Assembly: GCA_029260025.1 (NCBI GenBank)
Contig: JAJDDZ010000044.1
Coordinates: 1 to 45,889, forward strand
Length of the DNA: 45,889 nt
Direction: 5' to 3'
Origin: Phycisphaerae bacterium
GTDB lineage: Bacteria; Planctomycetota; Phycisphaerae; UBA1845
The translations under genes were made by a program, and so were the position numbers. Positions 44,201 to 45,889 of the stretch are shown piece after piece (positions within the stretch are counted from its first letter, which is position 1; the number at the start of each line of letters is the position of its first letter). The notes under the pieces were generated by a model. That model ran no database searches and was not told where the DNA came from. It was given only the letters and a program-made list of their open reading frames with translations.

Positions 44201-44496
44201 GCGAGCGGCGTTTTCGAGCTGTGGTTTTGACCTCTATTACGACGATCGTTGGTCTTGCTCCTATTCTTCTGGAGCAGAGTAGTCAGGCTCAGTCGGTTAA
44301 ACCGATGGCTGTTTCGTTGACGTTTGGTTTGCTGGCGGCGACGATTCTGACTCTTTTTGTGGTTCCTTCTCTTTTTCTTATTACGAACGACGTACGACGG
44401 GTTTTTCGCTGGTTGCGATTTGGCGGGGCTTATCCGGTTCGAGAGCTTGTTGAGGATGCGGCTCACGATCAGTGGATGACTGCGGGTCAAGAATGA
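41296..44496 (+). CDS. RND efflux permease (AcrB/CzcA superfamily)
   Basis: ATG at 41296, 1 nt after the adaptor TAA, with GGAGG upstream. About 1066 aa with a 12-TM architecture and two large periplasmic loops. Confidence 0.95.
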   Translation: MGLLRGLIAGGVRNPVLVNLVMVCILAGGFFSARRMVREAYPEFELDHIAVEVAYPGASPDDVERSICTPIEEILQGLRGMREVSSSANENYGVVFVALEGDVEDPSAVMKEVKDRVDQITDFPAEAERPIVRETFLRGDVINVAIYGDLPERTLKAVAREVKDDLTTEVAISQVSLSGVRDDEILIEVSDQALDAYRLSLADVMSVVARSSLDLPAGLIRTADEELTLRVMGQRYYASDYESLVVLEKGDTIVHLGDIATVREGFEEAVVRGRFNDLPAVVVQVFKTAEEDSKEIAEIVRSYVASRQVGLPSALKMSVWADGSRDIDDRIEMLVSNGIMGVLLVFLTLAFFLEFRVALWVAVGIPVSFAGALIIMYLTGSTLNMISLFALFIVSGIIVDDAIVIADSVYSRRKAGEEPVLASINGTAEVALPVLGASATTIVTFVPLLYISGVMGRFIYILPVVVIGAICASAVEAFIVLPSHLCHRTPPGVKEVKREPHRLRVLMDVAVAGFIENWYRPLYRASLRARYVTLSVAIMLALMCAGLVLGGRTPTVLFAKENGNIVRARVRLPEGTPAGVTEKVCQQLEDGAKLLNGDPALVPLSKGLLVRQIYTIMGEFAEFLPIRGNNLCETSVELMPAEERGIDDEEIMDRWRIHIGKVHDAVEFRLARRQLGPTDRPIEIRLLGRDLDEMASASLAIQDKLREFEGTLDVGDDLIPGKRELLVTLKPSARTLGLTLDDVATQLRHGFFGGEAVTLRRGREEVKVRVRFPEDERRSILDLENMRITTAHGEQVPFLEVAELEWDRGLALIMHQSYRRRVRVLADVDDRVANAEQIMQSLEVGFLDEVVASHNDMTWTFGGDRERMGESMSSLTAGFKMALLVIYAILAGMLRSYVQPLVILMAVPLGFVGAILGHTVLGMDLTLMSMFGLVALSGVVVNDSLVLVDVINRGVREGKSVVHSVFEAGERRFRAVVLTSITTIVGLAPILLEQSSQAQSVKPMAVSLTFGLLAATILTLFVVPSLFLITNDVRRVFRWLRFGGAYPVRELVEDAAHDQWMTAGQE

Positions 44497-45889
44497 TGAT
44501 GAACAAAACGACACGTTCGGGTTGGGGATTGAATGGTCGAGGGTCGCATTGTGTTCTCGGTGGCGGATGTTTATTTGCTGGGTATTTGGTTTTGGTTTGC
44601 GGGTGCCGTCTGCCTCTGACGGGATCTGCGCTTGCGGTGCACGATCATCACAACGCGATCTCTCTTTTGCCGGACGAAGCACGGGCTGCCCATGCATCGA
44701 TTGGGTCTCCGGTGATTATGGAAGAGGCTGCGAGTCTCTTGCCGGAGGGTCTTTTAACTCTTGCGGATAGTCGTTCGATTGCGGTTCGGGCGAATCCTGA
44801 CATTCATGCTGCTCATGCTCGGTTGCAGATTGCGGCGGCGCGTATTGCTCAGGCGCGATCTCGGTATCTTCCGACGGTTTCGATGACGATGAATGCCTCG
44901 CGGACGTTTTTGACTCCTGCCAGTCGCAATCGCTTATCTGCTGGGCTGCAACCATCGACTTTGGTTCCTGCGGATACAGGTACGAGCAATTTTGCGGTGA
45001 CGAGTCTTTTGAATGCTCTTCGGACGCCCTTGTTTGGGATCGAAGTAAGTGGGGATACGAATCCGTTTAGTGAGCATTCGCTTGCTCTTTCGGCGAGTTG
45101 GACAGTCTTTGACGGTTTCATTCGTGATGCGCAGACGCTAGCGTCGAAGCATTTGTATCTTGCGTCGTCGGACTCACTTCTTGATGTTCGGCGGTTGATC
45201 GTTGGCGCGGTCGATGTTTCCTACTATCAAGTTCAGCTTGCTCAGGAGCAGATTCGGATTGCGCGTGCTGACGAGAAGTTTGGGCAGGATCAACTTAATG
45301 AGACGACGAAGCTGCGGGCTGCTGGTCGGGCGACGTCGTCGGATGTTGACAATTTTCGCGTGCGTGTTCTTGCTGCTAAGGCTCGAGTTACTGCTGCGAT
45401 TGGTTTGCGTGATTCTGGTCGCGTTCTTCTTGCTGAGTTGATGGGGATTCCGGGCGCTATGTTGCCGATCGAGTTGAGCTTGTCGCCTCTGCTACCTGAG
45501 ACGGAGGAAGAATTGGCTCTTCCGGATGCTTCGGAGTGGGTTGCTCGGGCGATCGAGAATCGTCCTGATCTCTCGCAGCTTGAACGGATCATTGACAGTG
45601 AGCAGCAGAACGTGCGGGTGGCTGATGGCGCTTTTTATCCATCTGTGAACGCGAGCGGATCTTGGGGTTTCGATCGGAGCTCGAATTACCGTATGACGAG
45701 AGAGGATCAGTCGGCGGCCCTTGGGGTTGAGCTTCGTTGGGAGGTCTACACCGGTGGGCGACGCGACGCGCAAGTTCGTGCTGCTGAGGGAGTTCGGGGG
45801 CAGGCGGTGGCTGACCGAAATCGGTTGCTTCTTTCGGTTGAGGGTGACGTTCGGCGTGCGATTGTTGACTTGAAGGATGGGCAGGAGCA
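44496..45889 (+). CDS. outer-membrane efflux factor (TolC/NodT family), 3'-truncated by the window end
   Basis: Not in the ORF track because it has no stop codon. ATG 44496 overlaps the RND TGA (ATGA). I checked by hand that the frame stays open to 45889. Signal-like 'CLFAGYLVLVCGC', then 'LTLADSRSIAVRANPDIHAAHARLQIAAARIAQARSRYLPTVS'. Confidence 0.85.
   Translation, partial: MMNKTTRSGWGLNGRGSHCVLGGGCLFAGYLVLVCGCRLPLTGSALAVHDHHNAISLLPDEARAAHASIGSPVIMEEAASLLPEGLLTLADSRSIAVRANPDIHAAHARLQIAAARIAQARSRYLPTVSMTMNASRTFLTPASRNRLSAGLQPSTLVPADTGTSNFAVTSLLNALRTPLFGIEVSGDTNPFSEHSLALSASWTVFDGFIRDAQTLASKHLYLASSDSLLDVRRLIVGAVDVSYYQVQLAQEQIRIARADEKFGQDQLNETTKLRAAGRATSSDVDNFRVRVLAAKARVTAAIGLRDSGRVLLAELMGIPGAMLPIELSLSPLLPETEEELALPDASEWVARAIENRPDLSQLERIIDSEQQNVRVADGAFYPSVNASGSWGFDRSSNYRMTREDQSAALGVELRWEVYTGGRRDAQVRAAEGVRGQAVADRNRLLLSVEGDVRRAIVDLKDGQE

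Noticed and set aside
44522-44770. 82-aa plus-strand track ORF after the RND gene
   Set aside because: It is in the wrong frame. The frame starting at ATG 44496 is open to the window end and encodes a clear TolC/NodT-family protein.

Overview
This is a moderately GC-rich chromosomal bacterial window with about 38 protein genes. I recognised no rRNA, tRNA, CRISPR array or IS/transposase. Several protein styles suggest a Planctomycetota-like organism, by inference only: a secreted QW-repeat 'prenyltransferase/squalene-oxidase' protein, a dockerin-tailed subtilase, a CxxCGY...CPECG zinc-ribbon protein and a stand-alone HDOD protein. Gene order: small IF2_N-like protein; DUF488; thiC with a TPP riboswitch; a flagellar filament cluster (HDOD protein, two paralogous flagellins, a 1035-aa FliD, FliS, then TPR and zinc-ribbon proteins); MacAB-type ABC efflux (adaptor, ATPase, permease) behind alanine dehydrogenase; ComEC; a GT2 / membrane protein / QW-repeat protein / acidic protein operon; S8 protease; pruA; a lipoprotein; thrC; a Tat-signal cupin; an Rrf2 regulator divergent from a quinol-type NO reductase; a desaturase / glycosyltransferase / lipase operon; and a tripartite RND efflux operon whose outer-membrane gene runs off the 3' end and is absent from the ORF track. 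I see no obvious defence island or mobile element. The best candidates for undescribed biology are: (i) FliD with five or six tandem flagellin-IN modules, plus shared leader and promoter motifs of the two flagellins; (ii) an 11-nt poly-G tract inside the S8 protease gene; (iii) the GT2 / QW-repeat / acidic-protein operon; (iv) the desaturase / GT / lipase operon; and (v) an Rrf2 regulator with a non-canonical cluster-ligand pattern next to qNor. Many long track ORFs are codon-aligned antisense 'shadow' ORFs caused by codon bias and strand composition, and I rejected them.
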